50,757 nucleotides of DNA from Clostridiales bacterium (GCA_017513085.1 JAFWDK010000036.1:1-50757), one strand, 5' to 3'. Positions 1 through 8,023 are shown, numbered from the stretch's first letter. A program made the numbers and translations. Notes: generated by a model not told the origin, from the sequence alone.

Positions 1-1
1 A

Positions 2-1314
2 CTTTCCAACGGAAGTCATCCGGGTGGTGGGGGACTTCAAGCGACACTCGACTATTGCATGCAGGATGAAAGACAATGTACGAAGGACAGAAGCTTGTGT
101 ACGGCATGAACTGCTCGGAGCAGGATCCGTATCTGGACATGATGACTACGAAGAAACTGTATGGAAAGACCGGTGGAAGGATGTACTATCACCTGGATCA
201 ATCCTTCTCACCAGAGGAAAAGATTACTCCGGAACAGGCTCACAAGATCGCAATTGAGTTCGCCGAAGAGCAGTTCAAAGGGTATGAAGTCCTCATAGCG
301 ACCCATGTGGATGCCCACCACATCCACTCCCATTTTGTGGTGAACAGTGTCAGTTTTGAGAACGGATTGAAGTACCATTCGTCAAAAGATAACATCCGAA
401 AGCTGCGAGAAGCATCCGATGTGATCTGCTTAAAACATGGTTTCTCTGTCGTGAAACCGAGAGACCAGAAGAAAACAACGGGCATCGGAGCTCGAGAATA
501 CCGTATAGCGTGTAAGTCATCAAGCTGGAAGATGAATCTTATTGTTGCGATCGAAGCCGGAATGCGGAAAGCAAAAACAAAAGATGAGTTTCTAGAGTTT
601 ATGAAGAAACGCGGATATGAAGTGAACTGGACAGATACAAGAAAATATATTACCTACACCACCCCGAATGGATACCGGTGCAGGGACATAAGACTACATG
701 AAGATAAATTTCTGAAGGAGGCAATGGAAAATGAATTCAGAATCAGACAAGAGATTGCAAGAAGTGAAACGTATTGCGGCTCAGAATTTGGCCGAGGCGC
801 AGAAGCCGACACCATGCTTTATGATCACACAGGAAAACTGGAAGGCACTCCTAACGGGGTTTTACTCTCAACTGGCGCTGATGGAGAAGATGGTTACTCG
901 CGAGCAGATGGCAGCATTCTACGAGGAACTGAGGGAGTACTACGAGAGAAAGTCGGACTGGTTGGAGCAGAAAACGGTGGAGATAAAGCGGGAAATGCAG
1001 GCTCAGGCGAAGAGTTGGAAGGAAGAGATGGATCGACAGGCTGGGAATCTGAACGAGCAATATGCTTCGGCTTTGGAGGAGACGCAGGAGAAAATGGAGA
1101 AAAAGATGCAGGAGAATACGGAGAAATTGTATCACCGGATCCTGACTCCGTGTCTGCTTACGACATTGCTTGCAGCAGTGCTTACCTTGCTGCGGATATT
1201 GTGAGCATCTTCGATTCGAAGCCGAAGGAAGATGAGACACCTCAGCCTCATCCTGTAAGAGAGCGGAAGAATAGACAAAAAGACGATCGGGATGGGCCGG
1301 TTATGAGTATGTGA
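2..1314 (+). CDS. Relaxase/mobilization nuclease (MOB-P/VirD2-like), 5' partial, with an apparent 1-nt deletion frameshift at ~69-71
   Basis: Frame 2 (2-70) reads LQATLDYCMQDE (motif I Tyr). ORF 76-1314 has YYHLDQSFSPEE (motif II) and ATHVDAHHIHSHFVVNSV (HUH motif III). Confidence 0.85.
731..1204 (+). CDS. Coiled-coil protein with C-terminal hydrophobic anchor overprinted on the relaxase gene (MobB/MbeB-like accessory, inferred)
   Basis: AGGAGG at 716-721 precedes ATG 731. The 157-aa product is helical and E/K/Q/M-rich and ends ILTPCLLTTLLAAVLTLLRIL. The relaxase frame over the same interval is G/E-rich low complexity. Confidence 0.65.
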   Translation: MNSESDKRLQEVKRIAAQNLAEAQKPTPCFMITQENWKALLTGFYSQLALMEKMVTREQMAAFYEELREYYERKSDWLEQKTVEIKREMQAQAKSWKEEMDRQAGNLNEQYASALEETQEKMEKKMQENTEKLYHRILTPCLLTTLLAAVLTLLRIL

Positions 1315-1328
1315 GGAGGTAAAAACGT

Positions 1329-1730
1329 ATGGAGAGACATGAGATTAAAGTAGGAAAACTTCCAATTGTAGAGGAAGTATATGAGAAAGAATACAAAGAG
1401 ATTGATGATCTAAAGCCCGAAATGTTGGAAAATATGGATTATCTCATGGAGAAACTATGTCAGATGATGAAGGGAAAACTCAAGGCAGGAGAAGAGATAG
1501 ACTGGAGTTTTGGGGAAAAGTGTTTATTGGAGTTTCCTTCGTCTGTGGTTGAAGCTGCACACATAATGATTGCCGTTTCAATGTTTAAGTCCTTTCGGGA
1601 CCAGGGACTATTGACAGAAGAAGAGTTCGAAGAATTTGCTGAATACGGTGAGATGATGTGGAAAAGAATCTTGTATGGTGATAATATGGTAACAAAAAGG
1701 GTAGTTTTGAAGGAGGAGAAGAATGAGTAG
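1329..1730 (+). CDS. Small acidic hypothetical protein with SHOCT-like C-terminal motif, coupled to the recombinase gene
   Basis: GAGGAGG RBS; motif MFKSFRDQGLLTEEEFEE; overlaps the recombinase start. Confidence 0.65.
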   Translation: MERHEIKVGKLPIVEEVYEKEYKEIDDLKPEMLENMDYLMEKLCQMMKGKLKAGEEIDWSFGEKCLLEFPSSVVEAAHIMIAVSMFKSFRDQGLLTEEEFEEFAEYGEMMWKRILYGDNMVTKRVVLKEEKNE

Positions 1731-3537
1731 AAAAGTAGCGATATATGCTCGAGTATCTACAGAACATGAGGCGCAAGTGGCGGCTTTGGAGAATCAAGTC
1801 CAATACTATTCAGAACTACTGAGCAGACATCCCGAGTTTGAACTGTATGATCGTTACATCGACGAAGGTATAACAGGTACTTCAGTGAAAAAACGCTCCA
1901 GTTTCTTGCGAATGATGGAGGATGCAAAAAATGGGTGTTTTGATCTTATCATAACGAGGGAAGTGTCCAGATTTGCCAGAAATACTGTTGATACCCTTCA
2001 GCAAACACGTAAACTCAAGGCGATGGGGGTTGAAGTATGGTTTACTGAAGATAACATTTGGACTATGGACGATAGCGATGGTGAGCTTCGGCTCACCATC
2101 ATGGCAACTCTTGCTCAAAACGAAAGCAAGAAGACATCGATGCGGGTTAAGGCTGGTCAGATGATATCCTTCAAAAATGGAGTTCCGTATGGAAATGGTA
2201 ACATTCTTGGATATGATAAGCTTCCTAATCATGGTGGATACGTTATTAACAAAGAACAAGCTGAGACTGTACGCATTATCTACGACCTCTATCTGTCGGG
2301 AAAAGGTCTTCGTGCCATACAGTTTGACTTGGAACAGATGGGGAGAAAAACGGCAACAGGTCTGACAAATTGGTCATGTTCATGTATTGGACGAATCCTT
2401 AAGAATCCTTTCTATTGCGGGATAATGGAATATCGAAAGCAATATGTGCCAGACTATTTGGAACAAAAGAAGATCAATAATCATGGTGAAGTTGAAAGGA
2501 TTCGAGTAAAGGGAACACATGAACCGATAGTAACCGAAGAAGAGTATGCGAAGGTGCTGGAGAGAATGGGAAACAAGGTTCAGTCACTTGAGAATGCTCA
2601 AAAAAAAGGACTAAGAGATCATGTGGATGTATGGGGAAGGAAGCTGATTTGTTGCTGCGGTAAGAAATTTAGAAGGGTAAAGTATCATACGCCCAAAGAC
2701 TCGGATAAACGATATGCATACCAGTGTGGCGGTCAGATTGCTACAGGTACAGTAAACACGCGCATGAAAAAAGGCTTGCCGATAGAGGGAATTTGTACGG
2801 CTCAATTCGTACAAGGATGGAAACTTGAAGTCCAGGCTGCAGTGATTTTCGAACAGTTTTTCAGGAATAAAAAGGCAGTTTTAAAGTTTGCAAATGAAAT
2901 GCTCGATGCCAAAACCTTTATAACAGGGAAGCAAGAAGGGAAAGAAAAAGAACTTGAGCGGCTTCAGAATGAAATCGCGCGAATAGAGAAATCCATAAGC
3001 AAACTGCTCGATCTAAGGTTGGCAGACGAAATAAGTCGAGATGATTATTCGAAAAAAAGAATGGAAATGGATAAGCTTATCGAAGAGACCAATCGAAAGA
3101 TAGAAGAGCTTTCTAACTATCGGGAAATAGAAGACAGTATCGATGAGCGTGTGCGAATCATGAAAGATGTTCTGGATGGAAGCGAAGAATATGATTTTTC
3201 TTGCATTCCGGAAGAAATAATAGATGCTTTTGTCGAGAAAATCGTTGTACATACAGACTATATGGAATGGCATCTGGTCTTTGATGAGAATACCAGTCTG
3301 AAAATGTCAATACACGGAAACAAAAAGCACCATGATGTCGAAATGACTTGCAATTCTGCCCTTGATGTAGCACGCGGCACAGGCTGCAATAAAAGAAAAG
3401 GGTTGATCGTACGCAAGACATACTTCCTGATGACAATAACGGTCACAAAGGATGTAGTTAAACGATACTTCGCCAAGAATCCTCGCTATAAAAAGGTGAA
3501 TGGATTCAAGAATATACAAGTTGACATTTACATTTGA
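1723..3537 (+). CDS. Large serine recombinase (resolvase, recombinase, Zn-ribbon and coiled-coil domains)
   Basis: AIYARVST catalytic Ser motif, DEGITG, SRFARN, ILKNPFYCG, HEPIV, Cys cluster LICCCG...YQCGG...C, C-terminal coiled coil; AAGGAGG RBS. Confidence 0.95.
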   Translation: MSRKVAIYARVSTEHEAQVAALENQVQYYSELLSRHPEFELYDRYIDEGITGTSVKKRSSFLRMMEDAKNGCFDLIITREVSRFARNTVDTLQQTRKLKAMGVEVWFTEDNIWTMDDSDGELRLTIMATLAQNESKKTSMRVKAGQMISFKNGVPYGNGNILGYDKLPNHGGYVINKEQAETVRIIYDLYLSGKGLRAIQFDLEQMGRKTATGLTNWSCSCIGRILKNPFYCGIMEYRKQYVPDYLEQKKINNHGEVERIRVKGTHEPIVTEEEYAKVLERMGNKVQSLENAQKKGLRDHVDVWGRKLICCCGKKFRRVKYHTPKDSDKRYAYQCGGQIATGTVNTRMKKGLPIEGICTAQFVQGWKLEVQAAVIFEQFFRNKKAVLKFANEMLDAKTFITGKQEGKEKELERLQNEIARIEKSISKLLDLRLADEISRDDYSKKRMEMDKLIEETNRKIEELSNYREIEDSIDERVRIMKDVLDGSEEYDFSCIPEEIIDAFVEKIVVHTDYMEWHLVFDENTSLKMSIHGNKKHHDVEMTCNSALDVARGTGCNKRKGLIVRKTYFLMTITVTKDVVKRYFAKNPRYKKVNGFKNIQVDIYI

Positions 3538-3542
3538 AACAG

Positions 3543-3573
3543 ACAGCCGGAGCAGAAATGCTCCGGCTGTTTC
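3543..3573 (+). terminator. Intrinsic terminator after the recombinase
   Basis: 12-bp stem ACAGCCGGAGCA-GAAA-TGCTCCGGCTGT followed by a short T run. Confidence 0.75.
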
Positions 3574-3653
3574 AATCTTGTATCCTGCTTTCAATGTGAA
3601 AATGTTAATTGCTTGTCATATCCGGAAATCGATAGGCCTTATTCTTTGTGGCG

Positions 3654-3731
3654 TTGACGGCAGGTATTAGTGGTGTTACAATTTATATAAACCTATGCAA
3701 AACAACGAGGAATGCATAGAATTATATAAAT
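3654..3731 (+). promoter_or_regulatory. Sigma-A promoter and inverted-repeat operator of the abiE operon
   Basis: TTGACG (3654-3659), 17 bp, TACAAT (3677-3682) with TGn extension. Imperfect IR ATTTATATAAACCTATGCA (3681-3699) / TGCATAGAATTATATAAAT (3713-3731), consistent with AbiEi autorepression. Confidence 0.75.
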
Positions 3732-3742
3732 GAGGTGTTAAG

Positions 3743-4282
3743 TTGAAAACTCGTGCGGAATGTATAAAAGAATACGGATCTGATTACTATATTAACCAGA
3801 TGGTAGGTGCAGGAAGACTGTTTCGGATAGACAAGGGAATCTTTTCCGAAACGGAAAATGTTCCTGAACTAGCTGTTGTATGCTTCAAATACCCGTCTTC
3901 CGTGATAACAATGGACACGGCCTTTTACTTGTATGGGCTAACAGATGAGATTCCGGATCAATATACATTGGCTACCAAGAGGGAGGCAACGCCAATTACT
4001 GATCCCAGAGTAAAGCAGGTGTTTATTCCAAAGGAGTTGCTAGACCTGGGAAAGACGACTACGGACTACAAAGGATATTCGCTTCCCATTTTTGATCGGG
4101 AAAGAATGTTGATAGAACTGATCAGGTATAAAAGCAAACTACCATTTAATTACTATAAAGAAATACTGAATAACTATCGGAGGATACTCCCGCAGTTGAA
4201 TCCGGAGATGATCAGGGATTATGCTGAAACAGTACCCAAAAAAGACACAGTCATAAGGGTTCTTCGAACGGAGGTATACTAA
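3743..4282 (+). CDS. abiEi: Type IV toxin-antitoxin AbiEi-family antitoxin / transcriptional regulator
   Basis: N-terminal LFRIDKGIF wHTH-like segment, TAFYLYGLTDEIP and IFDRERMLIELIR motifs; TAATG-coupled to the downstream toxin remnant. Confidence 0.8.
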   Translation: MKTRAECIKEYGSDYYINQMVGAGRLFRIDKGIFSETENVPELAVVCFKYPSSVITMDTAFYLYGLTDEIPDQYTLATKREATPITDPRVKQVFIPKELLDLGKTTTDYKGYSLPIFDRERMLIELIRYKSKLPFNYYKEILNNYRRILPQLNPEMIRDYAETVPKKDTVIRVLRTEVY

Positions 4283-4395
4283 TGGTCAACCTAGCTACAA
4301 TGGCTTCCCGGTATGTTGCTGAGGGATATAACGAACTATTGGCAGAGTCAAGGGTGTGTCAGGATATTGTACTGAAGTCGTCGGTTTGTTATTGA
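4282..4395 (+). pseudogene. abiEii: Truncated AbiEii-family nucleotidyltransferase toxin (N-terminal ~32 codons only)
   Basis: Reads MVNLATMASRYVAEGYNELLAESRVCQDIVLK then SSVCY*. It stops before the KGG nucleotidyltransferase motif expected shortly after this point. Confidence 0.6.
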
Positions 4396-4427
4396 AGAAT
4401 ATGAGCGCAAAAAACTGAAGGAATGCT

Positions 4428-4541
4428 GAAGACGCGAACGGCAAGTGGGAAGTGTTCTACGGCGAGCATGGGCAGAAATCGAACCCGCGCGTGTTTGATA
4501 CTTTTGAAGAGGCCGGGGACGACCTGATGGGAAGGTTTTGA
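4428..4541 (+). pseudogene. 3' fragment of a small protein resembling toxin-immunity proteins (no start codon)
   Basis: Translated by hand as EDANGKWEVFYGEHGQKSNPRVFDTFEEAGDDLMGRF*. In-frame TGA at 4416-4418 upstream; codon style matches the GC-rich downstream gene. Confidence 0.45.
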
Positions 4542-4558
4542 AGAGGGCAAGGTAAACA

Positions 4559-5374
4559 ATGGAAACGAAGCGTTTATATCAGGACGAGGAATATATTCTG
4601 GAGAAGCGGGGCGAGAAGGTGTTCTTGATCCGGGGCGGCGAGGAGTTCGAGATCTCGAATGATCCGCGGGAGCCGGATCTGTACATCCGCACGCCGGACC
4701 GGAAATGGTGGATGATCCACAATGCATTCACGACGGCAGTACTTTGTTATACCGCTTTGCGGAACGACACGATTCGGATGGTGACCGGGCAGTCGTACGA
4801 CATCCGCGGGGTGTTCAAGCTGATCATGAAGGCGGTAGAGCTGAAGATGGATCAGATGGACATCGGCTATGTCGAGTCGCGGTGTTTTATGGACATCCTT
4901 GCGGAGCATCAGGCGTTTTCCGAGGAGACGGCTTTCGATCTGTACTCGGTTGGCATGGTGAATCCGAACGTGATGGAGAGTGTGATGCACGCGAAGAAAG
5001 TCGGGCACACGACGAGCGGACGGCACTATCTGCTGAAGGCGGGCGCGGCGCTTTATGGGGTGACTTTGCAGGATCGCCCGGCTTCGGAAGCTCGTGCGCC
5101 GAGGCGATTGATCTCGAATAGTGTGCGTTTTGGTGTGGGCTATCGGGACTTGCCGGGTGGGCGGCAGTATTTTGCCTGGCATGGGCAGCCGAACCGCAAC
5201 GATGATTTCATTACTTATGCGGAGATTTCGGAAGCGGAATATGAGCAGATCAATAAGGAATACCCGAGGCGGATCGAGGCCGACTGCGATATGGCGGAGG
5301 TGTTCCGCAATAAATATGTGGACGGGCACGCGGTCCTTGAAGAAGGATGGAATGTGTCGCTAAGAGACGAGTAA
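4559..5374 (+). CDS. Hypothetical protein (271 aa)
   Basis: Long ORF with strong GC3 bias and normal protein composition; family not recognised. Confidence 0.7.
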   Translation: METKRLYQDEEYILEKRGEKVFLIRGGEEFEISNDPREPDLYIRTPDRKWWMIHNAFTTAVLCYTALRNDTIRMVTGQSYDIRGVFKLIMKAVELKMDQMDIGYVESRCFMDILAEHQAFSEETAFDLYSVGMVNPNVMESVMHAKKVGHTTSGRHYLLKAGAALYGVTLQDRPASEARAPRRLISNSVRFGVGYRDLPGGRQYFAWHGQPNRNDDFITYAEISEAEYEQINKEYPRRIEADCDMAEVFRNKYVDGHAVLEEGWNVSLRDE

Positions 5375-5436
5375 AGCGGAGGGCACGCGGCGCGAAAAAC
5401 GGCGCGGATTCCGCGATCAGGTCGTGAGTTGCCGGA

Positions 5437-6252
5437 TCAGAGTTCTGCTTCTTCCTGGAAAAACTCTTTGTTCAATTTCAGAAGTTGTTGCCGGAGGGAA
5501 TTGAACTTGTTCGAGAGGTCGACGATCTTGTTGTTGGAGGAGTAGTACTCCCGGTTGGCTTTCGCAAAGGAGTCGCGGGCGATCGACAGCATATCTTCGG
5601 TGTTTTGGATCTTCTCATGAAGAGAAGTGCCGTCGCCTGAAAAAGAATCAAATACCTTTCCGAGCAGAATGTCTGTTAAATCGTTGTTTTGGGTCTGTCT
5701 GAGCCTCTCGGCTTGCCTGTAGTCATCCAGTCCTGCATTCAGCATGGCCACGCGGTCAGCGGTTTCGTCTCTTTTGATGATGCTCTTCTTTCCTTTGAGA
5801 ACGGCTTCGTTGTATTTATCCGTGGCCACCACGAGCTCCTTGATGAGCTGGAAATACTCGCCCTGCTCTGCGGGCAGGTTTTTGATCGCGTCGTCACAGC
5901 GCTGGTTCACGGTTTCGGCCCGGACACTGGAAAAAAGCCGGTACCTGCCGGAGACATCTTTTCTTGTTTTGTTGATGTCATTGATCGTCTTCCATTTGCA
6001 GGCGCAAAAGACGCGGCCGCGATAGGCTCTTATGTTTTTCGGATCCGACGAAAGAGCGAAAGAGAAGTACAGGTCGGCATCGTTATATTCACCGATGGCA
6101 AGTGCTTTTTCCGCCTTATCCAAGGCCGTCCCGTCAAAAAGCGCATAGCCGTAAGCCACGCCGCAGAAAGGGCACTTATACAGATTTCGTTCCTTATCCA
6201 GGATCAGCGTGCCGGCGCATGTGGCGCAGGTGAGTTTCTTTTCTTCTGACAT
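5437..6252 (-). CDS. Zn-ribbon + TPR-like + coiled-coil protein (soluble paralog)
   Basis: Start at MSEEKK after AAAGGAGG. CATCAG...CPFCG ribbon, TPR-like AEKALAIGEYNDADLYFSFALSSDPKNIRAYRG, helical C-terminus. Confidence 0.8.
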   Translation of the reverse strand: MSEEKKLTCATCAGTLILDKERNLYKCPFCGVAYGYALFDGTALDKAEKALAIGEYNDADLYFSFALSSDPKNIRAYRGRVFCACKWKTINDINKTRKDVSGRYRLFSSVRAETVNQRCDDAIKNLPAEQGEYFQLIKELVVATDKYNEAVLKGKKSIIKRDETADRVAMLNAGLDDYRQAERLRQTQNNDLTDILLGKVFDSFSGDGTSLHEKIQNTEDMLSIARDSFAKANREYYSSNNKIVDLSNKFNSLRQQLLKLNKEFFQEEAEL

Positions 6253-6271
6253 GTACGTTTGCCCTCCTTTT

Positions 6272-7195
6272 TCAGTTTTCGGATGTGTTTTCGGATGCAT
6301 CTTCGGAAGAAGATTTTCTGGCTGTCGGATCCAGCTTTTTCAGTTCGAAGTAGGATTCTTCATACTTCTGGGAAAGCTCCTGGACTTTTTTTGCGTTTTC
6401 GGACATATCACCGTGGATTTCATGTAGCGCTTGTCTGTGCGGTTCTTTTGCTTTTTCTAAGGAAAAAGAACTGAGGACGCGGATCAGGATCGCCAGGAGT
6501 ACGGCACCTACGGCGATCAGGACGCCGAGAGATCCCAACAGGTATATGCATATGAAAAGTCCTACCAGGAAGAATAAGACGATGGCGGCGAGAAGGACAA
6601 AATCTTCGCGCTGAGTATCCCCTTCCTCTTCCGGCGTGGTATTACCGGAATTTGACTCATCCGTCCATGTGAGCGGATTGTTGACAGAAGCCTTGCGATC
6701 CGTCAGATTCATGATCTTTCCCATCTCTTTTTTGTTCTGGGTATTCAGTTCGTCAAGCTCTTTGTCGAGATCGCTGAACTCATCATAGAGATCGAGCATG
6801 GAAGAGAGGCGGAGGAAGTATTCCTTATCGTCTTCAAGTGCTCTATCTTTCGCAAAGGAAATGCTCTCGCGCATCTTCGGGATGTTGCATTTTCTGAGTT
6901 TTTCGATCCGCTGGATATATTGCGGAGAGTTGATGCGTCCGGCGCAGAATACCAGGCCCCGAAGCGCGGCGAAATTATGAGGATCCCGCTTCAGGATCAT
7001 CTCGTACTTTTCTTTCGCCGCAACAAACTCCATGCGGTGCAGTGCTTTTGCCGCATCGCCCAAAACGTCCTCGCCGTGGAAGTCCACGAAATCAAACTTC
7101 GTATCGCAGAACGGGCAGTTAAATACTTCCTGCTCTTTATCGACGATCAGTGCACCTCCACATTTGGAACATGTGTATTTTTTCAGCTGAGACAT
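6272..7195 (-). CDS. Zn-ribbon + TPR-like + coiled-coil protein with two TM helices (membrane paralog)
   Basis: CSKCGG...CPFCD ribbon, AAKALHRMEFVAAKEKYEMILKRDPHNFAALRG, hydrophobic hairpin FVLLAAIVLFFLVGLFICIYLLGSLGVLIAVGAVLLAILI. Confidence 0.8.
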   Translation of the reverse strand: MSQLKKYTCSKCGGALIVDKEQEVFNCPFCDTKFDFVDFHGEDVLGDAAKALHRMEFVAAKEKYEMILKRDPHNFAALRGLVFCAGRINSPQYIQRIEKLRKCNIPKMRESISFAKDRALEDDKEYFLRLSSMLDLYDEFSDLDKELDELNTQNKKEMGKIMNLTDRKASVNNPLTWTDESNSGNTTPEEEGDTQREDFVLLAAIVLFFLVGLFICIYLLGSLGVLIAVGAVLLAILIRVLSSFSLEKAKEPHRQALHEIHGDMSENAKKVQELSQKYEESYFELKKLDPTARKSSSEDASENTSEN

Positions 7196-7429
7196 GATTT
7201 ACCCACCATAAAACCCTTAGCTCTTCAACTTCGCAGTTGAGTTTTTACCACCGATACCAATATACCATACCTGATATGGCAAATTTATAGGTTCTTTTGC
7301 AAAATACGGAATTATTAACTGTGCTTTTCACATTGCGCGCAAATGCATCGTCTCCCGGGGCCGGTTGTGTAGTAAGATAAATGTAACTAACGATGAATGT
7401 AACTAACGCGGAAGGATTCGGTGCGAGCG

Positions 7430-7610
7430 ATGTTTAATACACATGATCTGACGAGAAATGAATACATGCTGGTGGGCCCGCTGGCGCATCACGGCTACGA
7501 CTGGTGGTGGCATTCGTTCACTGCGCAGGACGCGGTGACGGGGGAGGACAAGCCGTTCTTCATCGAGTTCTTCCTTTGCAACCCGGCGCTCGGCGAGGAC
7601 GTGTCGGTTC
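7430..7610 (+). pseudogene. 5' fragment of a tocopherol-cyclase-family-like gene, truncated by the downstream non-coding element
   Basis: MFNTHDLTRNEYMLVGPLAHHGYDWWWHSFTAQDAVTGEDKPFFIEFFLCNPALGED resembles my recollection of clostridial tocopherol cyclase family N-termini. Codon bias and protein-like composition collapse after ~7610. Confidence 0.6.
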
Positions 7611-7935
7611 CTGTAAACCTGTCCGACTCGTCTTTGAGTATACCCCTGGGGGGTATCCGGGCGCTTTTGACGAGGCATTTTCATACTTTTTGGACTTTTT
7701 CTGGTCAACAGTATGCATTTTTCCCGTTGAAAGTACTTGCACAGCACTACAACCTATCAAAATGCTGACGTTATCTGTCATTTGAAGTCATTTTTCCACG
7801 ATTTACTCGATTTATGGGGGGCGAGGTATAGTGAAAAAACATACCTTTTTCGGTTTTTCTGTGAATTAGTATGAAATCGAAGAAATCCGCCCATACACCC
7901 CTCCATCCATGAGAACTCATGGTCCCAGGAACCGA
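7604..7935. repeat. Dispersed non-coding element, copy A (core 7640-7873), bounded by a 10-bp inverted repeat
   Basis: TCGGTTCCTG (7604-7613) / CAGGAACCGA (7926-7935). Palindrome ATACCCC-TGG-GGGGTAT (7640-7656). Two 34-bp CATAC-N24-GTATG units (7682-7715, 7840-7873). Aligns in two ungapped blocks with the reverse complement of 32274-32519. Confidence 0.75.
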
Positions 7936-8023
7936 GTAATTGCGGACGGTTCGCCAGTCGGCTTGATAGTCATACCCCGAACAGATATCGTTATCATAAA
8001 GGTTTTATGGTGGGGTTTGGATA

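Larger units (their letters stand above)
1..4400 (+). mobile_element. Right portion of an integrative mobilizable element (relaxase + large serine recombinase + AbiE cargo); left end outside the window, right end approximate
   Basis: Co-oriented relaxase, small ORF and serine recombinase. The sequence is visibly AT-richer than the DNA after ~4430, and truncated genes meet at ~4378-4428. No att site identified. Confidence 0.7.

Noticed and set aside
6272-6310. Short tandem TTTTCGGATG repeats
   Set aside because: They encode the low-complexity tail SEDASENTSEN; no evidence of further function.
7380-7408. 13-bp direct repeat AATGTAACTAACG x2
   Set aside because: Only two copies, upstream of a pseudogene; cannot distinguish a slippage duplication from an operator.
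7640-7656. ATACCC-N5-GGGTAT palindromes (also 32503-32519) as CsoR copper operators
   Set aside because: They resemble CsoR-family sites, but there are no copper or sulfur genes or matching promoters nearby, and both are embedded in the larger repeated element. Kept only as a hypothesis for the binding protein.
7560-7781. Small ORF MTDN...MHT...YPPGVY as a real protein encoded by the repeat
   Set aside because: The equivalent frame in copy B has a TAG stop (32470-32472), there is no clear RBS, and the similarity is explained by DNA motif conservation.
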